Below are positions 39,601 through 51,400 of a stretch of DNA of 64,000 nucleotides, piece by piece. A program made the translations under genes and the position numbers. The stretch comes from Eledone cirrhosa (lineage: Eukaryota). Where the stretch lies: the NCBI GenBank assembly GCA_964016885.1, contig OZ024742.1:328104001-328168000 (forward strand), read 5' to 3'. Under the pieces are notes generated by a model that saw only the letters and a program-made list of their open reading frames with translations, did not search any database and had not been told where the DNA came from. Each line of letters begins with the position of its first letter. The stretch's first letter is position 1.

Positions 39601-42600
39601 ATGGTGTTGTTGTTGTTTTGGTGATAGTGTTGGTATGGTGTTGTTGTAGTTGTTTTTGGTGATAGTGTTGGTAGGGTGGTGTTGTAGTTGTTTTTGGTGA
39701 TAGTGTTGGTATGCTGTTGTTGTGGTTGTTGTTTTTGGTGATAGTGTTGGTATGGTGTTGTGGTTGTTTTTGGTGATAGTATTGGTATGGTGTTGTAGTT
39801 GTTTTTGGTGATAGTGTTGGTATGGTGTTGTTGTAGTTGTTTTTGGTGATAGTGTTGGTATGGTGTTGTTGTGGTTGTTGTTTTTGGTGATTGTGTTGGT
39901 ATGGTGTTGTTGTAGTTGTTTTTGGTGATAGTGTTGGTATGGTGTTGTTGTAGTTGTTTTTGGTGATAGTGTTGGTATGGTGTTGTTGTTGTAGTAGTTG
40001 TTTTTGGTGATAGTGTTGGTATGGTTTTGTTGTAGTAGTTTTTGGTGATAGTGTTGGTATGGTGTTGTTGTAGTAGTTGTTTTTGGTGATAGTGTTGGTA
40101 TGGTGGTGTTGTAGTAGTTGTTTTTTGTGATAGTGTTGGTATGGTGTTGTAGTAGTTTTTGGTGATATTGTTGGTATGGTGTTGTTGTAGTAGTTGTTTT
40201 TAGTGATAGTGTTGGTATGGTGTTGTTGTAGTAGTTGTTTTTGGTGATAGTATTGGTATGGTGTTGTTGTAGTAGTTGTTTTTGGTGATAGTGTTGGTAT
40301 GGTGTTGTTGTAGTAGTTTTTGGTGATAGTGTTGGTATGGTGTTGTTGTAGTAGTTTTTGGTGATAGTGTTGGTATGGTGTTGTTGTAGTAGTTGTTTTT
40401 GGTGATAGTGTTGGTATGGTGGTGTTGTAGTAGTTGTTTTTTGTGATAGTGTTGGTATGGTGTTGTAGTAGTTTTTGGTGATATTGTTGGTATGGTGTTG
40501 TTGTAGTAGTTGTTTTTAGTGATAGTGTTGGTATGGTGTTGTTGTAGTAGTTGTTTTTGGTGATAGTATTGGTATGGTGTTGTTGTAGTAGTTGTTTTTG
40601 GTGATTGTGTTGGTATGGTGTTGTTGTAGTAGTTGTTTTTGGTGATAGTGTTGGTATGGTGTTGTTGTAGTAGTTGTTTTTGGTGTTAGTGTTGGTATGG
40701 TGTTGTTGTAGTAGTTGTTTTTGGTGTCAGTGTTGGTATGGTGTTGTAGTAGTTGTTTTTGGTGATAGTGTTGGTATGCTGCTGTTGTAGTTGTTTTTGG
40801 TGATAGTGTTGCTATGGTGTTGTTGTAGTAGTTGTTTTTGGTGATAGTGTTGGTATGGTGTTGTTGCGGTTGTTTTTGGTGATAGTGTTGGTATGGTGTT
40901 GCTGTAGTAGTTGTTTTTGGTGATAGTGTTGGTATGGTGCTGTTGTGGTTGTTGTTTTTGGTGATAGTGTTGGTATGGTGTTGTTGTAGTTGCTTTTGGT
41001 GATAGTGTTGGTATGGTGCTGTTGTAGTTGTTTTTGGGGATAGTGTTGGTATGGTGTTGTTGTAGTAGTTGTTTTTGGTGATAGTGTTGGTATGGTGTTG
41101 TTGCAGTAGTTGTTTTTGGTGATAGCGTTGGTTTGGTGTTGTTGTGGTTGTTTGTGGTGATAGTGTTGGTATGGTGTTGCAGTAGTTGTTTTTGGTGATA
41201 GTGTTGGTATGGTGTTGTTGTAGTTTTTTTTGGTGATTGTGTTGGTATGGTGTTGTTGTGGTTGTTGTTTTTGGTGATAGTGTTGGTATGGTGCTGTTGT
41301 GGTTGTTGTTTTTCGTGATAGTGTTGGTATGGTGTTGTTGTAGTAGATGTTTTTGGTGATAGTGTTGGTATGGTGTTGTTGCAGTTGTTTTTGGTGATAG
41401 TGTTGGTATGGTGTTGTTGTAGTTGTTTTTGGTGATAGTGTTGGTATGGTGTTGTTGTAGTAGTTGTTTTTGGTGATAGTGTTGGTATGGTGTTGTTGTA
41501 GTAGTTGTTTTTGGTGATAGTGTTTGTATGGTGTTGTTGTGGTTGTTTGTGGTGATAGTGTTGGTATGGTGTTGCAGTAGTTGTTTTTGGTGAGAGTGTT
41601 GGTATGGTGTTGTTGTAGTTTTCTTTGGTGATAATGTTGGTATGTTGTGGTTGTTGTTTCTGGTGATAGTGTTGGTATGGTGCTGTTATGGTTGTTGTTT
41701 TTGGTGATAGTGTTGGTATGGTGTTGTTGTAGTAGTTGTTTTTGGTGATAGTGTTGGTATGGTGTTGTTGTAGTTGTTTTTGGTGATAGTGTTGGTATGG
41801 TGTTGTTGTAGTTGTTTTTGGTGATAGTGTTGGTTTTGTGTTGTTGTAGTTGTTTTTGGTGATAGTGTTGGTATGGTGTTGTTGTAGTTTTTTTTTGGTG
41901 ATAGTGTTGGTATGGTGTTGTTGTGGTTGTTGTTTTTGGTGATAGTGTTGGTATGGTGTTGTTGTGGTTGTTTTTGGTGATAGTATTGGTATGGTGTTGT
42001 TGTGGTTGTTGTTTTTGGTGATAGTGTTGGTATGGTGTTGTTGTGGTTGTTTTTGGTGATAGTATTGGTATGGTGTTGTAGTTGTTTTTGGTGATAGTGT
42101 TGGTATAGTGTTGTTGTAGTTGTTTTTGGTGATAGTGTTGGTATGGTGTTGTTGTGGTTGTTGTTTTTGGTGATTGTGTTGGTATGGTGTTGTTGTAGTT
42201 GTTTTTGGTGATAGTGTTGGTATGGTGTTGTTGTAGTTGTTTTTGGTGATAGTGTTGTTATGGTGTTGTTGTTGTAGTAGTTGTTTTTGGTGATAGTGTT
42301 GGTATGGTTTTGTTGTAGTAGTTTTTGGTGATAGTGTTGGTATGGTGTTGTTGTAGTAGTTTTTGGTGATAGTGTTGGTATGGTGTTGTAGTAGTTGTTT
42401 TTGGTGATAGTGTTGGTATGGTGTTGTTGTAGTAGTTGTTTTTGGTGATAGTGTTGGTATGGTGTTGTTGTAGTAGTTTTTGGTGATAGTGTTGGTATGG
42501 TGTTGTTGTAGTTGTTTTTGGTGATAGTGTTGCTATGGTGTTGTTGTAGTAGTTGTTTTTGGTGATAGTGTTGGTATGATGCTGTTGTAGTTGTTTTTGG

Positions 42601-45600
42601 TGATAGTGTTGGTATGGTGCTGTTGTAGTTGTTTTTGGTGATAGTGTTGGTATGGTGTTGTTGTGGTTGTTTTTGGTGATAGTATTGGCATGGTGTTGTA
42701 GTAGTTGTTTTTGGTGATAGTGTTGGTATGGTGTTGTTGTAGTAGTTGTTTTTGGTGATAGTGTTGGTATGGTGTTGTTGTAGTAGTTTTTGGTGATAGT
42801 GTTGGTATGGTGTTGTTGTAGTAGTTTTTGGTGATAGTGTTGGTATGGTGTTGTTGTAGTAGTTGTTTTTGGTGATAGTGTTGGTATGGTGTTGTTGTAG
42901 TAGTTGTTTTTTGTGATAGTGTTGGTATGGTGTTGTAGTAGTTTTTGGTGATATTGTTGGTATGGTGTTGTTGTAGTAGTTGTTTTTAGTGATAGTGTTG
43001 GTATGGTGTTGTTGTAGTAGTTGTTTTTGGTGATAGTATTGGTATGGTGTTGTTGTAGTAGTTGTTTTTGGTGATTGTGTTGGTATGGTGTTGTTGTAGT
43101 AGTTGTTTTTGGTGATAGTGTTGGTATGGTGTTGTTGTAGTAGTTGTTTTTGGTGTTAGTGTTGGTATGGTGTTGTTGTAGTAGTTGTTTTTGGTGTCAG
43201 TGTTGGTATGGTGTTGTAGTAGTTGTTTTTGGTGATAGTGTTGGTATGCTGCTGTTGTAGTTGTTTTTGGTGATAGTGTTGCTATGATGTTGTTGTAGTA
43301 GTTGTATTTGGTGATAGTGTTGGTATGGTGTTGTTGCGGTTGTTTTTGGTGATAGTGTTGGTATGGTGTTGCTGTAGTTGTTTTTGGTGATAGTGTTGGT
43401 ATGGTGTTGTTGTAGTAGTTGTTTTTGGTGATAGTGTTGGTATGGTGTTGTTGCAGTAGTTGTTTTTGGTGATAGCGTTGGTATGGTGTTGTTGTGGTTG
43501 TTTGTGGTGATAGTGTTGGTATGGTGTTGCAGTAGTTGTTTTTGGTGATAGTGTTGGTATGGTGTTGTTGTAGTTTTTTTTGGTGATAGTGTTGGTATGG
43601 TGTTGTTGTGGTTGTTGTTTTTGGTGATAGTGTTGGTATGGTGCTGTTGTGGTTGTTGTTTTTCGTGATAGTGTTGGTATGGTGTTGTTGTAGTAGATGT
43701 TTTTGGTGATAGTGTTGGTATGGTGTTGTTGCAGTTGTTTTTGGTGATAGTGTTGGTATGGTGTTGTTGTAGTTGTTTTTGGTGATAGTGTTGGTATGGT
43801 GTTGTTGTAGTAGTTGTTTTTGGTGATAGTGTTGGTATGGTGTTGTTGTAGTAGTTGTTTTTGGTGATAGTGTTTGTATGGTGTTGTTGTGGTTGTTTGT
43901 GGTGATAGTGTTGGTATGGTGTTGCAGTAGTTGTTTTTGGTGAGAGTGTTGGTATGGTGTTGTTGTAGTTTTCTTTGGTGATAATGTTGGTATGGTGTTG
44001 TTGTGGTTGTTGTTTCTGGTGATAGTGTTGGTATGGTGCTGTTATGGTTGTTGTTTTTGGTGATAGTGTTGGTATGGTGTTGTTGTAGTAGTTGTTTTTG
44101 GTGATAGTGTTGGTATGGTGTTGTTGTAGTTGTTTTTGGTGATAGTGTTGGTATGGTGTTGTTGTAGTTGTTTTTGGTGATAGTGTTGGTTTTGTGTTGT
44201 TGTAGTTGTTTTTGGTGATAGTGTTGGTATGGTGTTGCAGTAGTTGTTTTTGGTGAGAGTGTTGGTATGGTGTTGTTGTTGTTTTTTTTTGGTGATAGTG
44301 TTGGTATGGTGTTGTTGTGGTTGTTGTTTTTGGTGATAGTGTTGGTATGGTGCTGTTGTTGTTTTTGGTGATAGTGTTGGTATGGTGTTGTTGTGGTTGT
44401 TGTTTTTGGTGATAGTGTTGGTATGGTGTTGTTGTGGTTGTTTTTGGTGATAGTATTGGTATGGTGTTGTAGTTGTTTTTGATGATAGTGTTGGTATGGT
44501 GTTGTTGTAGTTGTTTTTGGTGATAGTGTTGGTATGGTGTTGTTGTGGTTGTTGTTTTTGGTGATTGTGTTGGTATGGTGTTGTTGTAGTTGTTTTTGGT
44601 GATAGTGTTGGTATGGTGTTGTTGTAGTTGTTTTTGGTGATAGTGTTGGTATGGTGTTGTTGTTGTAGTAGTTGTTTTTGGTGATAGTGTTGGTATGGTT
44701 TTGTTGTAGTAGTTTTTGGTGATAGTGTTGGTATGGTGTTGTTGTAGTAGTTTTTGGTGATAGTGTTGGTATGGTGTTGTAGTAGTTGTTTTTGGTGATA
44801 GTGTTGGTATGGTGTTGTTGTAGTAGTTGTTTTTGGTGATAGTGTTGGTATGGTGTTGTTGTAGTAGTTTTTGGTGATAGTGTTGGTATGGTGTTGTTGT
44901 AGTAGTTTTTGGTGATAGTGTTGGTATGGTGTTGTTGTAGTAGTTGTTTTTGGTGATAGTGTTGGTATGGTGGTGTTGTAGTAGTTGTTTTTTGTGATAG
45001 TGTTGGTATGGTGTTGTAGTAGTTTTTGGTGATATTGTTGGTATGGTGTTGTTGTAGTAGTTGTTTTTAGTGATAGTGTTGGTATGGTGTTGTTGTAGTA
45101 GTTGTTTTTGGTGATAGTATTGGTATGGTGTTGTTGTAGTAGTTGTTTTTGGTGATTGTGTTGGTATGGTGTTGTTGTAGTAGTTGTTTTTGGTGATAGT
45201 GTTGGTATGGTGTTGTTGTAGTAGTTGTTTTTTGTGTTAGTGTTGGTATGGTGTTGTTGTAGTAGTTGTTTTTGGTGTCAGTGTTGGTATGGTGTTGTAG
45301 TAGTTGTTTTTGGTGATAGTGTTGATATGGTGTTGTTGTAGTTGCTTTTGGTGATAGTGTTGGTATGCTGCTGTTGTAGTTGTTTTTGGTGATAGTGTTG
45401 CTATGGTGTTGTTGTAGTAGTTGTTTTTGGTGATAGTGTTGGTATCATGTTGTTGTAGTTGTTTTTGGTGATAGTGTTGGTATGGTGCTGTTGTAGTTGT
45501 TTTTGGTGATAGTGTTGGTATGGTGTTGTTGTGGTTGTTTTTGGTGATAGTATTGGTATGGTGTTGTTGTTGTTTTTGGTGATAGTGTTGGTATGGTGTT

Positions 45601-45620
45601 GTTGTAGTAGTTGTTTTTGG
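33600..45620. repeat. Higher-order block M, copy B (~12.0 kb)
   Basis: Same marker order as copy A with a single copy of the 4.98-kb segment. ATTGGCATGG C at 30700 vs 42689 (11989); GGTATCATG C at 33454 vs 45446 (11992). Confidence 0.88.
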
Positions 45621-48600
45621 TGTTAGTGTTGGTATGGTGTTGTAGTAGTTGTTTTTGGTGATAGTGTTGGTATGGTGTTGTTGTAGTTGTTTTTGGTGAT
45701 AGTGATGGTATGGTGTTGTTGTAGTTGTTTTTGGTGATAGTGTTGGTATGGTGTTGTTGTGGTTGTTGTTTTTGGTGATAGTGTTGGTATGGTGTTGTTG
45801 TAGTAGGTTTTGGTGATAGTGTTGGTATGGTGTTGTTGTGGTTGTTGTTTTTGGTGATAGTGTTGGTATGGTGTTGTAGTTGTTTTTGGTGATAGTGTTG
45901 GTATGGTGTTGTTGTAGTAGTTTTTGGTGATAGTGTTGGTATGGTGTTGTAGTTGTTTTTGGTGATCGTGTTGGTATGGTGTTGTTGTAGTAGTTTTTGG
46001 TGATGGTGTTGGTATGGTGTTGTTGTAGTAGTTGTTTTTGGTGATAGTGTTGGTATGGTGTTGTTGTAGTTGTTTTTGGTGATAGTGTTGGTTTTGTGTT
46101 GTTGTAGTTGTTTTTGGTGATAGTGTTGGTATGGTGTTGTTGTAGTTGTTTTTGGTGATAGTATTGGTATGGTGTTGTTGTAGTTGTTTTTGCTGATAGT
46201 GTTGGTATGGTGTTGTTGTGGTTGTTTTTGGTGATAGTGTTGGTATGGTGTTGTTGTAGTTGTTTTTGGCGATAGTGTTGCTATGGTGTTTTTGTAGTAG
46301 TTGTTTTTGGTGATAGTGTTGGTATGGTGTTGTTGTAGTAGTTGTTTTTGGTGATAGTGTTGGTATGGTGTTGTTTTGGTTGTTGTTTTTGGTGATAGTG
46401 TTGGTATGGTGTTGTAGTTGCTTTTGGTGATAGTGTTGGTATGGTGCTGTTGTAGTTGTTTTTGGTGTTAGTGTTGGTATGGTGTTGTTGTGGTTGTTGT
46501 TTTTGGTGATAGTGTTGGTATGGTGTTGTTGTGGTTGTTTTTGGTGATAGTGTTGGTATGGTGCTGTTGTAGTTGTTTTTGGTGTTAGTGTTGGTATGGT
46601 GTTGTTGTAGTTGTTTTTGGTGATAGTGTTGGTATGGTGTTGTTGTGGTTGTTTTTGGTGATAGTGTTGGTATGGTGTTGTTGTGGTAGTTGTTTTTGGT
46701 GATAGTGTTGGTATGGTGTTGTTGTAGTAGTTGTTTTTGGTGATAGTGTTGGTATGGTGTTGTTGCGGTTGTTTTTGGTGATAGTGTTGGTATGGTGTTG
46801 TTGTAGTAGTTGTTTTTGGTGATAGTGTTGGTATGGTGTTGTTGTGGTTGTTGTTTTTGGTGATAGTGTTGGTATGGTGTTGTTGTAGTTGCTTTTGGTG
46901 ATAGTGTTGGTATGGTGCTGTTGTAGTTGTTTTTGGTGATAGTGTTGGTATGGTGTTGTTGTAGTAGTTGTTTTTGGTGATAGTGTTGGTATGGTGTTGT
47001 TGCAGTAGTTGTTTTTGGTGATAGTGTTGGTATGGTGTTGTAGTGGTTGTTTGTGGTGATAGTGTTGGTATGGTGTTGCAGTAGTTGTTTTTGGTGATAG
47101 TGTTGGTATGGTGTTGTTGTAGTTTTTTTTTGTGATAGTATTGGTATGGTGTTGTTGTGGTTGTTGTTTTTGGTGATAGTGTTGGTATGGTGCTGTTGTG
47201 GTTGTTGTTTTTCGTGATAGTGTTGGTATGGTGTTGTTGTAGTAGATGTTTTTTGTGATAGTGTTGGTATGGTGTTGTGGTAGTTGTTTTTGGTGATAGT
47301 GTTGGTATGGTGTTGTTGTAGTTGTTTTTGGTGATAGTGTTGGTATGGTGTTGTTGTAGTAGTTGTTTTTGGTGATAGTGTTGGTATGGTGTTGTTGTAG
47401 TAGTTGTTTTTGGTGATAGTGTTTGTATGGTGTTGTTGTGGTTGTTTGTGGTGATAGTGTTGGTATGGTGTTGCAGTAGTTGTTTTTGGTGAGAGTGTGG
47501 GTATGGTGGTGTTGTAGTTTTTTTTGGTGATAGTGTTGGTATGGTGTTGTTGTGGTTGTTGTTTTTGGTGATAGTGTTGGTATGGTGCTGTTGTGGTTGT
47601 TGTTTTTGGTGATAGTGTTGGTATGGTATTGTTGTAGTAGTTGTTTTTGGTGATAGTGTTGGTATGGTGTTGTTGTAGTTGTTTTTGGTGATAGTGTTGG
47701 TATGGTGTTGTTGTAGTTGTTTTTGGTGATAGTGTTGGTTTTGTGTTGTTGTAGTTGTTTTTGGTGATAGTGTTGGTATGGTGTTGTTGTGGTTGTTTTT
47801 GGTGATAGTGTTGGTATGGTGTTGTTGTGGTTGTTTTTGGTGATAGTATTGGTATGGTGTTGTAGTTGTTTTTGGTGATAGTGTTGGTATGGTGTTGTTG
47901 TAGTTGTTTTTGGTGATAGTGTTGGTATGGTGTTGTTGTGGTTGTTGTTTTTGGTGATTGTGTTGGTATGGTGTTGTTGTAGTTGTTTTTGGTGATAGTG
48001 TTGGTATGGTGTTGTTGTTGTAGTAGTTGTTTTTGGTGATAGTGTTGGTATGGTGTTGTTGTAGTAGTTTTTGGTGATAGTGTTGGTATGGTGTTGTTGT
48101 AGTAGTTTTTGGTGATAGTGTTGGTATGGTGTTGTAGTAGTTGTTTTTGGTGATAGTGTTGGTATGGTGTTGTTGTAGTAGTTGTTTTTGGTGATAGTGT
48201 TGGTATGGTGTTGTTGTAGTAGTTTTTGGTGATAGTGTTGGTATGGTGTTGTTGTAGTAGTTTTTGGTGATAGTGTTGCTATGGTGTTGTTGTAGTAGTT
48301 GTTTTTGGTGATAGTGTTGGTATGCTGTTGTTGTAGTAGTTGTTTTTGGTGATAGTGTTGGTATGAAGTTGTTGTAGTTGTTTTTGGTGATAGTGTTGGT
48401 ATGGTGCTGTTGTAGTTGTTTTTGGTGATAGTGTTGGTATGGTGTTGTTGTGGTTGTTTTTGGTGATAGTGTTGGTATGGTGTTGTTGTAGTAGTTGGTT
48501 TTGGTGATAGTGTTGGTATGGTGTTGTTGGAGTTGTTTTTGGTGATAGTGTTGGTATGGTGTTGTTGTAGTAGTTGTTTTTGGTGATATTGTTGGTATGG

Positions 48601-48816
48601 TGTTTTTGTGGTTGTTTTTGGTGATAGTGTTGGTATGGTGTTTTAGTAGTTGTTTTTGGTGATAGTGTTGGTATGGTGTTGTTGTAGTTGTTTTTGGTGA
48701 TTGTGTTGGTATGGTGCTGTTGTAGTTGTTTTTGGTGATAGTGTTGGTATGGTGTTGTTGTAGTAGTGGTTTTTGGTAATAGTGTTGGTATGGTGTTGTT
48801 GTAGTTGTTATTGGTG

Positions 48817-49440
48817 TTAGTGTTGGTATGGTGTTGTTGTTGTTTTTGGTGATAGTGTTGGTATGGTGTTGTTGTTTTTGGTGATAGTGTTGGTATGGTG
48901 TTGTTGTGGTTGTTGTTTTTGGTGATAGTGTTGGTATGGTGTTGTTGTGGTTGTTTTTGGTGATAGTATTGGTATGGTGTTGTAGTTGTTTTTGGTGATA
49001 GTGTTGGTATGGTGTTGTTGTAGTTGTTTTTGGTGATAGTGTTGGTATGGTGTTGTTGTGGTTGTTGTTTTTGGTGATTGTGTTGGTATGGTGTTGTTGT
49101 AGTTGTTTTTGGTGATAGTGTTGGTATGGTGTTGTTGTAGTTGTTTTTGGTGATAGTGTTGGTATGGTGTTGTTGTTGTAGTAGTTGTTTTTGGTGATAG
49201 TGTTGGTATGGTGTTGTTGTAGTAGTTTTTGGTGATAGTGTTGGTATGGTGTTGTAGTAGTTGTTTTTGGTGATAGTGTTGGTATGGTGTTGTAGTAGTT
49301 GTTTTTGGTGATAGTGTTGGTATGGTGTTGTTGTAGTAGTTGTTTTTGGTGATAGTGTTGGTATGGTGTTGTTTTAGTAGTTTTTGGTGATAGTGTTGGT
49401 ATGGTGTTGTTGTAGTAGTTTTTGGTGATAGTGTTGGCAT
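48817..49440 (-). other. Repeat-derived ORF (207 aa, T/N/H/Q-rich), probably not a gene
   Basis: The ATG comes from a single GGTATGG>GGCATGG variant and the stop from a GTGTTAG variant. There is no non-repetitive domain. Confidence 0.08.
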
Positions 49441-49609
49441 GGTGTTGTTGTAGTAGTTGTTTTTGGTGATAGTGTTGGTATGGTGGTGTTGTAGTAGTTG
49501 TTTTTTGTGATAGTGTTGGTATGGTGTTGTAGTAGTTTTTGGTGATATTGTTGGTATGGTGTTGTTGTAGTAGTTGTTTTTAGTGATAGTGTTGGTATGG
49601 TGTTGTTGT

Positions 49610-51400
49610 AGTAGTTGTTTTTGGTGATAGTATTGGTATGGTGTTGTTGTAGTAGTTGTTTTTGGTGATTGTGTTGGTATGGTGTTGTTGTAGTAGTTGT
49701 TTTTGGTGATAGTGTTGGTATGGTGTTGTTGTAGTAGTTGTTTTTGGTGTTAGTGTTGGTATGGTGTTGTTGTAGTAGTTGTTTTTGGTGTCAGTGTTGG
49801 TATGGTGTTGTAGTAGTTGTTTTTGGTGATAGTGTTGGTATGGTGTTGTTGTAGTTGTTTTTGGTGATAGTGTTGGTATGGTGTTGTTGTAGTTGTTTTT
49901 GGTGATAGTGTTGGTATGGTGTTGTTGTGGTTCTTGTTTTTGGTGATAGTGTTGGTATGGTGTTGTTGTAGTAGTTGGTTTTGGTGTTAGTGTTGTTATG
50001 CTGTTGTTGTAGTTGTTTTTGGTGATAGTGTTGGTTTTGTGTTGTTGTAGTTGTTTTTGGTGATAGTGTTGGTATGGTGTTGTTGTAGTTGTTTTTGGTG
50101 ATTGTATTGGTATGGTGTTGTTGTAGTTGTTTTTGGTGATAGTGTTGGTATGGTGTTGTTGTAGTTGTTTTTGGTGATAGTGTTGGTATGGTGTAGTTGT
50201 GGTTGTTTTTGGTGATAGTGTTGGTATGGTGTTGTTGTAGTTGTTTTTGGCGATAGTGTTGTTATGGTGCTGTTGTAGTTGTTTTTGGTGATAGTGTTGC
50301 TATGGTGTTGTTGTAGTAGTTGTTTTTGGTGAAAGTGTTGGTATGGTATTGTTGTGGTTGTTTTTGGTGATAGTGTTGGTATGGTGCTATTGTAGTTGTT
50401 TTTGGTGTTAGTGTTTGTATGGTGTTGTGGTAGTTGTTTTTGGTGATAGTGTTGGTATGGTGTTGTTGTGGTTGTTTTTGGTGATAGTGTTGGTATGGTG
50501 TTGTTGTAGTAGTTGTTTTTGGTGATAGTATTGGTATGGTGTTGTTGTAGTAGTTGTTTTTGGTGATTGTGTTGGTATGGTGTTGTTGTAGTAGTTGTTT
50601 TTGGTGATAGTGTTGGTATGGTGTTGTTGTAGTAGTTGTTTTTGGTGTTAGTGTTGGTATGGTGTTGTTGTAGTAGTTGTTTTTGGTGTCAGTGTTGGTA
50701 TGGTGTTGTAGTAGTTGTTTTTGGTGATAGTGTTGGTATGGTGTTGTTGTAGTTGTTTTTGGTGATAGTGTTGGTATGGTGTTGTTGTAGTTGTTTTTGG
50801 TGATAGTGTTGGTATGGTGTTGTTGTGGTTCTTGTTTTTGGTGATAGTGTTGGTATGGTGTTGTTGTAGTAGTTGGTTTTGGTGATAGTGTTGGTATGGT
50901 GTTGTTGTAGTTGTTTTTGGTGATAGTGTTGGTTTTGTGTTGTTGTAGTTGTTTTTGGTGATAGTGTTGGTATGGTGTTGTTGTAGTTGTTTTTGGTGAT
51001 TGTATTGGTATGGTGTTGTTGTAGTTGTTTTTGGTGATAGTGTTGGTATGGTGTTGTTGTAGTTGTTTTTGGTGATAGTGTTGGTATGGTGTAGTTGTGG
51101 TTGTTTTTGGTGATAGTGTTGGTATGGTGTTGTTGTAGTTGTTTTTGGCGATAGTGTTGTTATGGTGCTGTTGTAGTTGTTTTTGGTGATAGTGTTGCTA
51201 TGGTGTTGTTGTAGTAGTTGTTTTTGGTGATAGTGTTGGTATGGTATTGTTGTGGTTGTTTTTGGTGATAGTGTTGGTATGGTGCTATTGTAGTTGTTTT
51301 TGGTGTTAGTGTTTGTATGGTGTTGTGGTAGTTGTTTTTGGTGATAGTGTTGGTATGGTGTTGTTGTGGTTGTTTTTGGTGATAGTGTTGGTATGGTGTT
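49610..51400. repeat. 898-bp tandem duplication
   Basis: GGTTCTTG C at 49933 and 50831, GGCGATAG C at 50251 and 51149, GTCAG C at 49792 and 50690. Confidence 0.9.
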
